From the IMG/VR virus record IMGVR_UViG_3300023174_000203, positions 1-55,683 of that record: a stretch of DNA of 55,683 nucleotides. One strand, written 5' to 3'. Below are positions 1 through 8,793 of this stretch, one piece after another; positions within the stretch are counted from its first letter, which is position 1, and each line of letters begins with the position of its first letter. Source of the DNA: a virus (lineage: Duplodnaviria; Caudoviricetes). A model generated the notes under the pieces. That model was not told the DNA's origin. It was given only the letters and a program-made list of their open reading frames with translations, and made no database searches. The position numbers and the translations under genes are program-made.

Positions 1-503
1 TTATTACCTTCAGGTAATACCACCCTCGCTTGTTCTTTTGCAATACCATTATTGATAGCCCATTCATATGCTTCTTTAGAAGACTCAATAACTAATTGCT
101 GCTTTTGATTCCATTGATCTTGCAATACTGTGTCATTAGTTTCAATACTATTCTGGCGATTCTTTGTGTCTTGAAGTCGTGCTTCACGTAATTTAAAATT
201 TAAGTCTTTAGTAGGGTCTGCATAACGCTGACTAAACTCTTGAAAACTAAAGCTACGATGACGAAGCATCTGTCTTGCAATATCACGTGTTGTTTCAATC
301 TCTAAACATGCACTCACCATTTCCAGAGGAGACCAATGCTTATGCTTAACAAGATATTTGATAAGCTTATCTGATGTCTCTGTATTTAATTGATTGCTTG
401 GGTTTGAAACTCTTGCACAAAATGCTATTAAATCTTGTATATTATCAACAGTTGCTGGCATAGATCCAGCAGGTTCAGAATAACTAATCAACTTCACCTT
501 CAT
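1..503 (-). CDS. thyX: FAD-dependent thymidylate synthase (partial, runs off window)
   Basis: Manual translation from ATG 503: MKVKLISYSEP...ARVSNP...HWSPLEM...RDIARQMLRHRSFSFQEFSQRY; ThyX signature RHRx7S. Confidence 0.95.
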   Translation of the reverse strand, partial: MKVKLISYSEPAGSMPATVDNIQDLIAFCARVSNPSNQLNTETSDKLIKYLVKHKHWSPLEMVSACLEIETTRDIARQMLRHRSFSFQEFSQRYADPTKDLNFKLREARLQDTKNRQNSIETNDTVLQDQWNQKQQLVIESSKEAYEWAINNGIAKEQARVVLPEGN

Positions 504-506
504 AAT

Positions 507-1529
507 TTAAACCTTTTTCCAAAATGATAAACGTAGTTTTGCTTGTAGATCTTTGTGTGTGTTACTATTGATAAGATTCATGACGTCTGTTTGAGTAAGT
601 CCAGCAAGAATCATCTCATTAATATCTTTATATGGTAGATGATCGGGCCAGATACATACTGAATAACCATGTTCTATGGACTTCTCAATTCGCTTGATGG
701 TGTCCTTATTCCTTGGTTCATTATCATAAATAATAATTGCTTTATTTTTATCTAATTTCAAGCGATTTAAATCATTAACGAAATCACCGCCTGCCATTGC
801 AATACCATTCTTTATGAACATCGAATCAATAGGACCTTCAGTGATATATATTGGATTGCTCTTATCAAGATTATTTAGACCATATACCTTTGGTCTTTCT
901 TCCAGCATGATAGTTATATATCTAACGTTGTCGTTAGCTTTTAATGATCTGCCTTGAAAACCGAATAAATTTTTTTCTTCATCGATGAAAGGAATTACAA
1001 TCCTAGATTCATCTTTACTCTTACTTAAATCAAACTTATCAGGAATTAAAGTGTTAACCCATTCCCTAAATTTCGGAGCAAAGAATAGCTGCGAATGAAA
1101 GAAATTTGGGATTTGACGACTGACTATATACTTCTTCGCTGGATGATCATGATTAAGTTGAGAGATCTTTGGTATATCTTTTAGAGGTCCGTCTTTGACG
1201 AACTTCGGTTTTTTCATCTTCTCAACAAATGCAGTATGATCGTCTTTCCCTTCAACCTCAGATTGTATTCTTTCTCGGTTGAACTCATCATATAAGACAG
1301 GATCAACTGTCTTGATAAGCTTGGGTAAAGAGAGTGTTACATTACAGTTAAAGCAATGAAAAAGGAGTTTACCTTCTTTTGGATAAACCCATCCTCTTGC
1401 TTTATACTTATTCTTATTACTGTCACCACAGACTGGACATCTGAAGTTATAAGAGTCTTGCTTCTTACGTTTAAACTGCTGCAATCGGTTAGACAAAAGA
1501 CCGATGTACTTATTTTCAAGCCATAACAT
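507..1529 (-). CDS. 61: DNA primase (T4 gp61-like); likely start ATG 1529 rather than 1568
   Basis: Zn finger RCPVCGDS...HCFNC; TOPRIM EGPIDS, YDNEPRN, KDINEM; the longer start overlaps a promoter. Confidence 0.95.
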   Translation of the reverse strand: MLWLENKYIGLLSNRLQQFKRKKQDSYNFRCPVCGDSNKNKYKARGWVYPKEGKLLFHCFNCNVTLSLPKLIKTVDPVLYDEFNRERIQSEVEGKDDHTAFVEKMKKPKFVKDGPLKDIPKISQLNHDHPAKKYIVSRQIPNFFHSQLFFAPKFREWVNTLIPDKFDLSKSKDESRIVIPFIDEEKNLFGFQGRSLKANDNVRYITIMLEERPKVYGLNNLDKSNPIYITEGPIDSMFIKNGIAMAGGDFVNDLNRLKLDKNKAIIIYDNEPRNKDTIKRIEKSIEHGYSVCIWPDHLPYKDINEMILAGLTQTDVMNLINSNTHKDLQAKLRLSFWKKV

Positions 1530-1559
1530 GTTATATACCCTATGATGAGACCATAGAGT

Positions 1560-1588
1560 ATTATACAATAATTAGCTTAATAAGTACA
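1560..1588 (-). promoter_or_regulatory. Early/middle-type promoter TGTACT-N17-TATAAT (primase)
   Basis: Minus-strand TGTACT 1588-1583 and TATAAT 1565-1560; motif recurs nine times in the window. Confidence 0.8.
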
Positions 1589-1840
1589 CTATTTTATGTA
1601 TCGTAAAACTTCTGCTACTACGTAACCGATTGACGCTGAACCACCTATTATCATCCAACGCCATTTTTCAATAACGTGCAAGCGCTCTTCAAGTGACTTG
1701 AATTCACCTAACATGGCTGCATGTTGTTCTTTTTGCTCTTTCCTGAATTCCTTCAGTTCTGAACTGATGTTTTTCATTTCGGTCTCTAGCACTGCTATCC
1801 TTGAATAGGTTTCTATTTGTTCCGATTCTGTCATCATCAT
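1589..1840 (-). CDS. Coiled-coil protein with C-terminal TM helix (XhlA/holin-like)
   Basis: RIAVLE coiled coil, then KWRWMIIGG hydrophobic tail; in lysis cluster. Confidence 0.55.
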   Translation of the reverse strand: MMMTESEQIETYSRIAVLETEMKNISSELKEFRKEQKEQHAAMLGEFKSLEERLHVIEKWRWMIIGGSASIGYVVAEVLRYIK

Positions 1841-1842
1841 GA

Positions 1843-2151
1843 TTATTTCTCTTCTGTTCCAGCATTAATTGCTGCAACTTTTTCTTGGCCTCTAGTCCAT
1901 GCAGAGATACCTAGAATTGCACCAAATGCCATATGAATTAAACCACCAAATTGTAATGTCATTGGCTGCCATTGACGGAATGCATCATTAGCTGCTTGTG
2001 TTTCCCAAAATTGAATAATCGAAAACAATACAGGGAATAAAATAAAATCACAGATGTTGATCGCCATATATGTTACTGCCATCATAGGACGCCATTTTGT
2101 GGTCATCCAATCTACTGCTGGCTTGTCTACTTGAGTAGCTTCTTCTGCCAT
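1843..2151 (-). CDS. Putative holin (membrane protein)
   Basis: WRPMMAVTYM..., two TM segments, GISAWTRGQEK tail typical of GTA/3TM-like holins; near spanins. Confidence 0.6.
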   Translation of the reverse strand: MAEEATQVDKPAVDWMTTKWRPMMAVTYMAINICDFILFPVLFSIIQFWETQAANDAFRQWQPMTLQFGGLIHMAFGAILGISAWTRGQEKVAAINAGTEEK

Positions 2152-2170
2152 GATACTTCCTTTATATGAA

Positions 2171-2422
2171 TTATGCTGCTAGTGATGCGACACTTATCAG
2201 TGCATTCAGCATAGAATTTAATTTTTCTTTAGTTTCTAATTCCATAGCAGCTTTAGAGATATTAACCTCTGCAACAATGTCATTCATGAATTCTTTATAT
2301 TCTTCTGCATCGATCTGTTTCTTATCAAATAGGTCTTTATATGTCTTTGCCTTTGAAGCGATTTGATTGGCATACTCATTGTCGCTTGACAACATCTCGA
2401 TTAGTAATAGATCTACATTCAT
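2171..2422 (-). CDS. Hypothetical protein
   Basis: 83 aa ORF, ATGA-coupled to the upstream lipoprotein gene. Confidence 0.7.
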   Translation of the reverse strand: MNVDLLLIEMLSSDNEYANQIASKAKTYKDLFDKKQIDAEEYKEFMNDIVAEVNISKAAMELETKEKLNSMLNALISVASLAA

Positions 2423-2817
2423 CTTGGCTTCCTTGCAATTACCCGCTGAGCCTCAGCTGCAGCATTTTTAATAGAATCAATCTTTAGCTTGCAGTAAGTC
2501 TCGCTTACTTCAGAACTAGTCTGATATTTATTATTAACCCCTCTAATGATTGTTAACAAATTATCTGCAATATATGCTGAAGGTTCATTATTAGGAATAC
2601 TATTTGAATAGTTCTTAAACGCTGTTCCAACAGAATATAATCTATAAGCTGTATTCTTCATTGCTGGTAGATCTTTACAATCTGCGATTTCTGCTGTTGT
2701 ACGAATATCGTTAATCATAGCATGTTCAACAGTATCATACTTAGCCATGAAATACGATTGAACAACTGAACAACCGCTTAATAAGAATACAGATATAATT
2801 GCAAGTTTTTTCATCAT
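2419..2817 (-). CDS. Lipoprotein
   Basis: Signal peptide with lipobox LSGC. Confidence 0.75.
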   Translation of the reverse strand: MMKKLAIISVFLLSGCSVVQSYFMAKYDTVEHAMINDIRTTAEIADCKDLPAMKNTAYRLYSVGTAFKNYSNSIPNNEPSAYIADNLLTIIRGVNNKYQTSSEVSETYCKLKIDSIKNAAAEAQRVIARKPR

Positions 2818-3089
2818 TTCACCTCATCGAATATTTGTTTCTGCGTATTGTACCATTCTATCCACATATCTGTTTTATTCTTACATAAATGATACTCAGA
2901 ATAGTTCTTTGTTACTGAAGTAAGTACTTCACTTAACTTCTGTGTTTCTACAGGAAGTTGATTAAGCTCAACACATTTTTCCTTAAGCTCTGATGGAGCA
3001 TCAGGAAAATTTCTTTTAACAGGGACTGTAGTACTACATGCTGTTAATAACATCGCCAATGTTATAGTGCAAATAGATGTCAATCTCAT
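2814..3089 (-). CDS. Putative outer-membrane spanin (Rz1-like)
   Basis: Lipobox LTAC, Pro-rich start, additional Cys; directly follows an i-spanin-like gene. Confidence 0.7.
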   Translation of the reverse strand: MRLTSICTITLAMLLTACSTTVPVKRNFPDAPSELKEKCVELNQLPVETQKLSEVLTSVTKNYSEYHLCKNKTDMWIEWYNTQKQIFDEVK

Positions 3090-3529
3090 GGTGTATATCC
3101 TTTAGCTGCATCATTCAATATACTAATTACAGCAGGATCTAAATCACACTTTGCATCAATTAACTTCTCTACTTCTTTAATCTTTTCTACTATCTTAAAT
3201 TCTACTTCTCTTATGTTATTTACTTTTTCAATTATCTTAGTCTTAATGATAGTATTAACTTTTTTAGACTTCTCTTCAGATAGCTTTACTTTTTCTTCCA
3301 TCTCAGCGACTCTTCTTCGCCATTCTTTTTCAGTCTGAATACTTCCTTCGAAGTAAACACCACCGATAAAAAGAATAAAGAATATCAGCTTAAGAGGTAT
3401 TGCATAAACACCAACAGCAGGAAGTTTACTAGCAAAATATGCTGCTATAAATCCTACTACACCTAATAGTAATGCGGCATGAATTGCTTGTGTTATTAGA
3501 TGATCAGGTACGAAGCTTAGCATCCACAT
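3086..3529 (-). CDS. Putative inner-membrane spanin (Rz-like)
   Basis: N-terminal TM segments, coiled coil, C-terminal KCDLDPAVISILNDAA. Confidence 0.65.
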   Translation of the reverse strand: MWMLSFVPDHLITQAIHAALLLGVVGFIAAYFASKLPAVGVYAIPLKLIFFILFIGGVYFEGSIQTEKEWRRRVAEMEEKVKLSEEKSKKVNTIIKTKIIEKVNNIREVEFKIVEKIKEVEKLIDAKCDLDPAVISILNDAAKGYTP

Positions 3530-4019
3530 CGATTACTTTCCTCTTTAACATTTTATTTTTTGTTTTAATCTTACCTGCAGGTTCACCTTGTGCACCTGCA
3601 CCAAGACCTGCTACTTTACCACCACCGACATTATTTGCTGGAAGACCACCTTCGCCTTCTTCGTGCATTCTAGCTTCGGCTAAAGCATAACATTCTTTAA
3701 ACTTTTCTTCTAATAACTCTTGACTGTTTATAGTAGCATGTCTATGCTCTCTTAATAACAATAGAGCTGCAGCAAATGTTGCTATTCTCGATTGTCCGCC
3801 AGGAATTTTCATGATAAGTTTTTTCAAATTAGCGGTCAAGATATCAAAATAGCCCCATGCGCCTTTTTCTTCTAATGTCTGAAGGTCTTTTCTTTTCTTT
3901 AGTACTTTACCATCAGCATCGATTATTCCTAAAGTGTATGCTTCCCACTTATCAAATGGCGTAGTCAATCTCTTAAGAAATTGGTATGTTAAAAATATAT
4001 CTGTTAAGCGATTTGCCAT
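3504..4019 (-). CDS. Conserved T4-like phage hypothetical protein
   Basis: YQFLKRLTTPFDKWEAYTLGIIDADG motif recalled from T4-like phages. Confidence 0.7.
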   Translation of the reverse strand: MANRLTDIFLTYQFLKRLTTPFDKWEAYTLGIIDADGKVLKKRKDLQTLEEKGAWGYFDILTANLKKLIMKIPGGQSRIATFAAALLLLREHRHATINSQELLEEKFKECYALAEARMHEEGEGGLPANNVGGGKVAGLGAGAQGEPAGKIKTKNKMLKRKVIDVDAKLRT

Positions 4020-4403
4020 TTAAATCTTTCTTAATTTTTCTACAATATATTGATCTAATGGTATATCACTAGTCAATAATTTATTTCCATTAAATTCTAC
4101 TCTATTAGGAAGTATATTTAATAAAACTAAAAACGGTGCAACCTGTGGAGAATAATCAAACAACTTCATCATCAACATATTAGAACATGCTGGTGTACCG
4201 AATATATTATTCAATACGATAATGTGATTCAAAATAAGACGCTCTTTCAATTCGCCATTTGTAACGTAGCGTTGAAAGAGCTTCTTAAGATATTTGAATC
4301 TTTTCAGATCATCATAAAACTCCATTACATCATGACAGTTTGGATTATCATAATGTTTTGCAGCATACAATAAAAATGTATCTTCAGTCAGTTCATCAAT
4401 CAT
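4020..4403 (-). CDS. Conserved T4-like phage hypothetical protein
   Basis: YAAKHYDNP..EFYDDLKRFKY..LKERLILNHII motif. Confidence 0.75.
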   Translation of the reverse strand: MIDELTEDTFLLYAAKHYDNPNCHDVMEFYDDLKRFKYLKKLFQRYVTNGELKERLILNHIIVLNNIFGTPACSNMLMMKLFDYSPQVAPFLVLLNILPNRVEFNGNKLLTSDIPLDQYIVEKLRKI

Positions 4404-4405
4404 TA

Positions 4406-4678
4406 TTATGTTAATCTAATTTTTACTGTTCCATCAGCAGTGTAATACAATTTACCAATTGCCACATTTGCTGTATTAGCAGCGGCATCGGTAGCATATG
4501 GACCGCGGATTCCAGTTATACTGGCGGCATTAATAAATCCTGAATTAAGAACATTTAGTACTGTGATCTTTTTAGTGGCAGGCGTACCCGACGGATCGGT
4601 CTCAATGATGAGAAGATCCGTCGAAGCAGGCGTTGTGCATGCAGTTAATTCAGTTATCTTTTTTGCACGATCAGTCAT
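4406..4678 (-). CDS. Small putative virion/fibre-associated protein
   Basis: KITEL..DLLII..TKKIT and YATDAAA..G.LY motifs resemble fibre attachment segments. Confidence 0.5.
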   Translation of the reverse strand: MTDRAKKITELTACTTPASTDLLIIETDPSGTPATKKITVLNVLNSGFINAASITGIRGPYATDAAANTANVAIGKLYYTADGTVKIRLT

Positions 4679-4684
4679 ATGATA

Positions 4685-5515
4685 TTAAGCGTCCGGTAAT
4701 GGATTATCGTCAGATGCATCGGTTGAGATTGATCCCATTGCAACTAGCGTTTCATAGTTTACACGACCAGCTCTTCCACCTGTACCAACTGTTCTTAGAA
4801 CCCATCCAGCGTGATCAACACCTTTGCTCTTAGCTCCACCAACTGTAATAACACCAGTAGCAGTTTCACCAGTTAGAGAGTGTGCAGTATCTGCTGAACC
4901 AGCACCTGTAATATCTACATTAGATCCACCTTTTGTAGTTGAAAGAGCGACTACAGTAGAATTAGAGAATGAAATGTAGTAGTTAGTATTATTTGAAAGA
5001 CCAGGAACTACTGCGCCTGTTGTGCTCTTATATAATACGTAATCATTAACTAAGAATTTACTGTTTGCTGTAGCGATAGTAATAGTATTATTTGTAGCAT
5101 CTGGTGCGGTTGAACCATTGAATGTTACAGCTGTTGGTGCTGCGATTGCTACGCTAGGATTTGATGTGTAACCAGATCCTCTAGTACTAATATTACCTGC
5201 AGTAATTCTGCCACCTGATGCTTGAGCATTTGCTACGCCAGAACTGCCACCGCCACCTGTTAGAGTGACTGCTGCATTTGCTGAATATCCAGATCCAGCA
5301 AAAGTGATAACAAAATCAACAAGCGGACCTGCTGATATACCCATCTCTGTTACATCAACACCAAATTGACCAACAATTTGATTAGTAACAAATGCACTTG
5401 CAGTGGTGTTACCAAACAAATTTGTCTGATTGCCAGTGTTTGCAAGTACGTTTAATTGGCTTGCTGCCCATAAGACTGAATTAGCAGCATCGTCGGTATT
5501 TCCCCATTGTGCCAT
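4685..5515 (-). CDS. Putative structural (virion) protein
   Basis: Gly/Thr/Ala-rich, GSGY beta repeats, C-terminal HAGWV...GRV.YETLVAMGSI. Confidence 0.6.
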   Translation of the reverse strand: MAQWGNTDDAANSVLWAASQLNVLANTGNQTNLFGNTTASAFVTNQIVGQFGVDVTEMGISAGPLVDFVITFAGSGYSANAAVTLTGGGGSSGVANAQASGGRITAGNISTRGSGYTSNPSVAIAAPTAVTFNGSTAPDATNNTITIATANSKFLVNDYVLYKSTTGAVVPGLSNNTNYYISFSNSTVVALSTTKGGSNVDITGAGSADTAHSLTGETATGVITVGGAKSKGVDHAGWVLRTVGTGGRAGRVNYETLVAMGSISTDASDDNPLPDA

Positions 5516-5547
5516 TTTTACTTCTCCTTGTTATTAATTAATTCTTT

Positions 5548-8394
5548 TTATTTATTAGACTTTTTTTTATCCTCTATTTCTTTTTCTTTTTTCTCGCGCT
5601 CTAGGCGTTCTTTCTTAGCGGCGTTACCCATTCTTTTCATGAAGGATGGTTTATTATAGTAGGGAGTTGCTTCGTCAATCTGCTCTTCTTCTTTTACAGG
5701 CTTCATTTTTTCGTTTTCTGGCTCTTCTTTATACTTCTTAGTATAGACAGTACCAGTTGAAATTTTCTTCTTATCAAATTTGCTCTTTAGAGCGTCTTTC
5801 ATTCTTTTCTTAGCATCATCCACTGTTGGAAATGCTTCGTTAACCTGAGTTTCTTCTTTTGCTAGACGGTCTGCAGCCTTTTCAATACCAGCCATTCTGT
5901 TCTTTAGCTTTACTTTTACTTCTGGTCTAGCATCTTTAACCATTCCTGAAGGTGACTCGCGTCCTACTAATTGCTTATCACGACCATATTCTTTAGATGC
6001 TTTCTTAACATAAGAACCTAATGTAGATTTCTTTAGTTCGTCAATCTGCTCTTCTTCTTCTTCTTTTACAGGCTTCATTTTTGTTTTTGCTGTATGAACA
6101 TTTGTAAGAGGATTCTTTTGGCGCTTACTTGCAGCAATAAAGTTCTTATTGTTCTTTTCAATCTTTCTTCGATAATCGTTCTTATCTTCATTAACTTCAC
6201 TTTGCATATAGTCAGCAACAGTACTAATATAATCAGCAGCCAGAGTAATCTTGCTCTGTACCCATTCAGCCATATTGGTATCATCTTTTAGCATATCATG
6301 TGCCTGCTTAGCGTTAGCCATAATACTACGCAGCTGACTCTTTGCCATGTCGCCTTCATAATCGTATTCTCTAGGATCCTTGGCTTCATTTGCTTTAGCA
6401 ATACCCTTCTCACGCTTCTTAATAAAGTTCTTAGCGATATCTCTGTACTCTTCACCCTTTTTAGTATAAGGTATAGATTGCTTTATTTGATCTTTAGCCT
6501 TAGCAACATATGATGCTTTAGTTGCAGGTGATAGTTCATCTAACTGTTCAATCTCTTCTTTCATTCTTACATCAGCACGCATAGATCCAGCTGTGCGTTT
6601 AGCTAATTTTTTTTGTACAGAAGGAGGATTATTTGAGTATTTGTATTTCTTAATATACTCACTAGCTTTTGCTTTATAATCGCTTACAGTCTTTTGTGAC
6701 ACTTCATCGATCTGAACATCTTCTGATGTAGGTTTTTTATTCATCAAACGTACTGTTGCGTTTGCCATACCTGATACGTCTTTCTGTGAAGGAACACCCG
6801 GCTTATTTGTCTTCTTTTGAAGATAAGATTTAAGTGTAGTCTTTTTCAATTCATAAATTTGATTGATCTCTTCTTTAACTGCAGCATTTTTAAATTTATT
6901 CCAATCTGATTTATCAGTGCTAACAACCTTATGAAGTGGTACTACGTGCTTTGATGCTGTATGAACTTTAGTTCCTGCACTACCGCCAGTTTTATGAGAT
7001 ACTTTGCTTATATGGTGTTTACCTTCGTGCTTATAGATAACCGTGCCGCCGTTAGCGATATCATCTTCGCTATAACCTTCTTTAAGTCCCTTTGCAGCAG
7101 TCTTATCAGTTTTAATGTTTCTAATAACTGCAGTATAATCAGTAGCAAGCTTTTTAGTTGGATTTTTATTCTGTGTCTGACCTTTAACCATATTATAATC
7201 AGTAGTTACAGATTCATTTTTAGACATCTTAGCCATCTTATTCTTGAGCATATTCATCTTTGACTGATGCACTTTAACTGCCATATCATCACCAGATTTA
7301 TTAGCAGCAATTGCTTTTTCGGAATGACGATCTAATGCAGCTTTTAGATTTGCAGCTTTATCTTTACCAAATGCAGCTTCATTCTTCATACTTAGACTAC
7401 GTAGAAAACCATCTTCTTTTGGGATTGGATTTTCTTTTTTACGTCGTTGTGTTTCGTAATCTGTAGTTTTATCTTGTGCTTTTAAAAGTTCCAAATATTT
7501 TTTTTGTCTTTGAACCGCATTTTGTGCATTGGCAACTGCTTGATCCGATGACATTGACGGTAAATTGGGTTGAGGACGATTTACAGATTCGTCTAGTTCA
7601 ACTTCTTCTTTAATTCCTGCGTGCTCAGAGCCATGAACTTTATAGCCCCTCTTCTTATAAAACTTTTCACCAAGTTTTTGAGCAGATTCTTTATTTGGTC
7701 CATGATTAACTATAACATGCTTTAAAGTCTGTTCTTTACGCTTAGTTACCATAGGATGATCTGGCTCAGAAACGGTAACAGCAATACGATGCTTAACTGG
7801 TGCTGGAGCAACAGGAGCTTGTTCTAGTTGAAGATCTTCTTTCATTCCTTTTTTAAAACCTTTGAAGTTCTTACGAGGATTAGTCATGTCCTTCTCATCA
7901 GCTTCTTCTTCTTCTTTCTCTGCCTTCTTAGATTCTTTCTCGTCTTCGTTTTCTTCTTCATCATCTTCTTCGTCTTTTTTAGACTTCTTAGCTTCAATCA
8001 TCTGTTCAGCTTTTTCTTCTTCTTCTTTCTTCATACGAAGTTTCTTGAAGTCTTCAGCATCAAGCTTGCCATTCTTATTAACGTCGATCTTTTTCTGGCC
8101 ACCAACAAGTTTCTCTTCAATCTCTTCGACTTCTTCTTTACGAAGAGCTGTCTTAGTCTTCGACATCATTGATTGATCATTAACAACCACATCTAGAAGA
8201 TCTTGCATAACCTTAAGAAGCATCTCACGCTTAGCTGGATTCTTCATCGATGCTTCTGGATTTTCTAAAGCCTTCATAACAGCCGATGCATTCTTATCAT
8301 GGCCTAGACCTGAACGTACTAGATCTTGTTTTGCTCTAACTGATGCAGGAGTTGCCTCTGCAAGAATCTTTCTGATTTCTTTTTCGACTGACAT
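5548..8394 (-). CDS. 948 aa modular, Lys/Glu-rich putative internal head polyprotein
   Basis: Repeated (I/L/V)xE junctions, EF-hand-like DVNKNGKLDAED, EYDYEGDMAK module, LKKSTLGSYVKKA-like repeats. Confidence 0.6.
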   Translation of the reverse strand: MSVEKEIRKILAEATPASVRAKQDLVRSGLGHDKNASAVMKALENPEASMKNPAKREMLLKVMQDLLDVVVNDQSMMSKTKTALRKEEVEEIEEKLVGGQKKIDVNKNGKLDAEDFKKLRMKKEEEEKAEQMIEAKKSKKDEEDDEEENEDEKESKKAEKEEEEADEKDMTNPRKNFKGFKKGMKEDLQLEQAPVAPAPVKHRIAVTVSEPDHPMVTKRKEQTLKHVIVNHGPNKESAQKLGEKFYKKRGYKVHGSEHAGIKEEVELDESVNRPQPNLPSMSSDQAVANAQNAVQRQKKYLELLKAQDKTTDYETQRRKKENPIPKEDGFLRSLSMKNEAAFGKDKAANLKAALDRHSEKAIAANKSGDDMAVKVHQSKMNMLKNKMAKMSKNESVTTDYNMVKGQTQNKNPTKKLATDYTAVIRNIKTDKTAAKGLKEGYSEDDIANGGTVIYKHEGKHHISKVSHKTGGSAGTKVHTASKHVVPLHKVVSTDKSDWNKFKNAAVKEEINQIYELKKTTLKSYLQKKTNKPGVPSQKDVSGMANATVRLMNKKPTSEDVQIDEVSQKTVSDYKAKASEYIKKYKYSNNPPSVQKKLAKRTAGSMRADVRMKEEIEQLDELSPATKASYVAKAKDQIKQSIPYTKKGEEYRDIAKNFIKKREKGIAKANEAKDPREYDYEGDMAKSQLRSIMANAKQAHDMLKDDTNMAEWVQSKITLAADYISTVADYMQSEVNEDKNDYRRKIEKNNKNFIAASKRQKNPLTNVHTAKTKMKPVKEEEEEQIDELKKSTLGSYVKKASKEYGRDKQLVGRESPSGMVKDARPEVKVKLKNRMAGIEKAADRLAKEETQVNEAFPTVDDAKKRMKDALKSKFDKKKISTGTVYTKKYKEEPENEKMKPVKEEEQIDEATPYYNKPSFMKRMGNAAKKERLEREKKEKEIEDKKKSNK
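5671..6082. repeat. Near-identical ~40-46 bp direct repeat (5671-5710 and 6037-6082)
   Basis: ttcgtcaatctgctcttcttc(ttcttc)ttttacaggcttcattttt, encoding KMKPVKEEE(EE)QIDE at module junctions. Confidence 0.9.
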
Positions 8395-8403
8395 AATACG
8401 TCC

Positions 8404-8772
8404 TTAATCTAATTTGTTAACTGGTGTTGATGACCAAAATCTGCAAGACCAATAACGTGCTTTCCATTTTGGTCCTGGATCTGTATCACAATGATGTCTT
8501 GCTCTAAAGCTTCTTCTAGCATCGGGATTATCTCTACGAATCTCCATATTCGGATCACCGAAACCGAGCTTAATGATATTGCCTTTATCGTTTTTTACGT
8601 AAACATAACGCTTATGCTTAGAATCACCTGAGAATGGCTTATCTAACTTGACTTTATGCCCATGATAGTCTGATTCTAGAAGTACTTCAACGAACTCTTG
8701 CTCAGTCCATTCTTGGACAACTTCGCCTTCGTCCCAGTACTTTTCTTCCATGTGGTTTTTTAATGTTTTCAT
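8404..8772 (-). CDS. Conserved basic phage protein (DUF6321-like)
   Basis: FGDPNM..RRSFRARHHC...ARYWSC motif; N-terminus MKTLKNHMEE resembles a capsid-targeting leader. Confidence 0.6.
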   Translation of the reverse strand: MKTLKNHMEEKYWDEGEVVQEWTEQEFVEVLLESDYHGHKVKLDKPFSGDSKHKRYVYVKNDKGNIIKLGFGDPNMEIRRDNPDARRSFRARHHCDTDPGPKWKARYWSCRFWSSTPVNKLD

Positions 8773-8793
8773 ATATTATCCAATATTTATTAA

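Noticed and set aside
7828-8176. Plus-strand Ser/Phe-rich ORFs (also 10994-11452, 48859-49254, 52744-53124 and others)
   Set aside because: Antisense shadows of Lys/Glu-rich minus-strand genes with no recognisable motifs.
5548-8394. CRISPR array or microsatellite from ttc runs and repeats
   Set aside because: The repeats are in-frame Glu/Lys codons with irregular spacing, and no cas genes are present.
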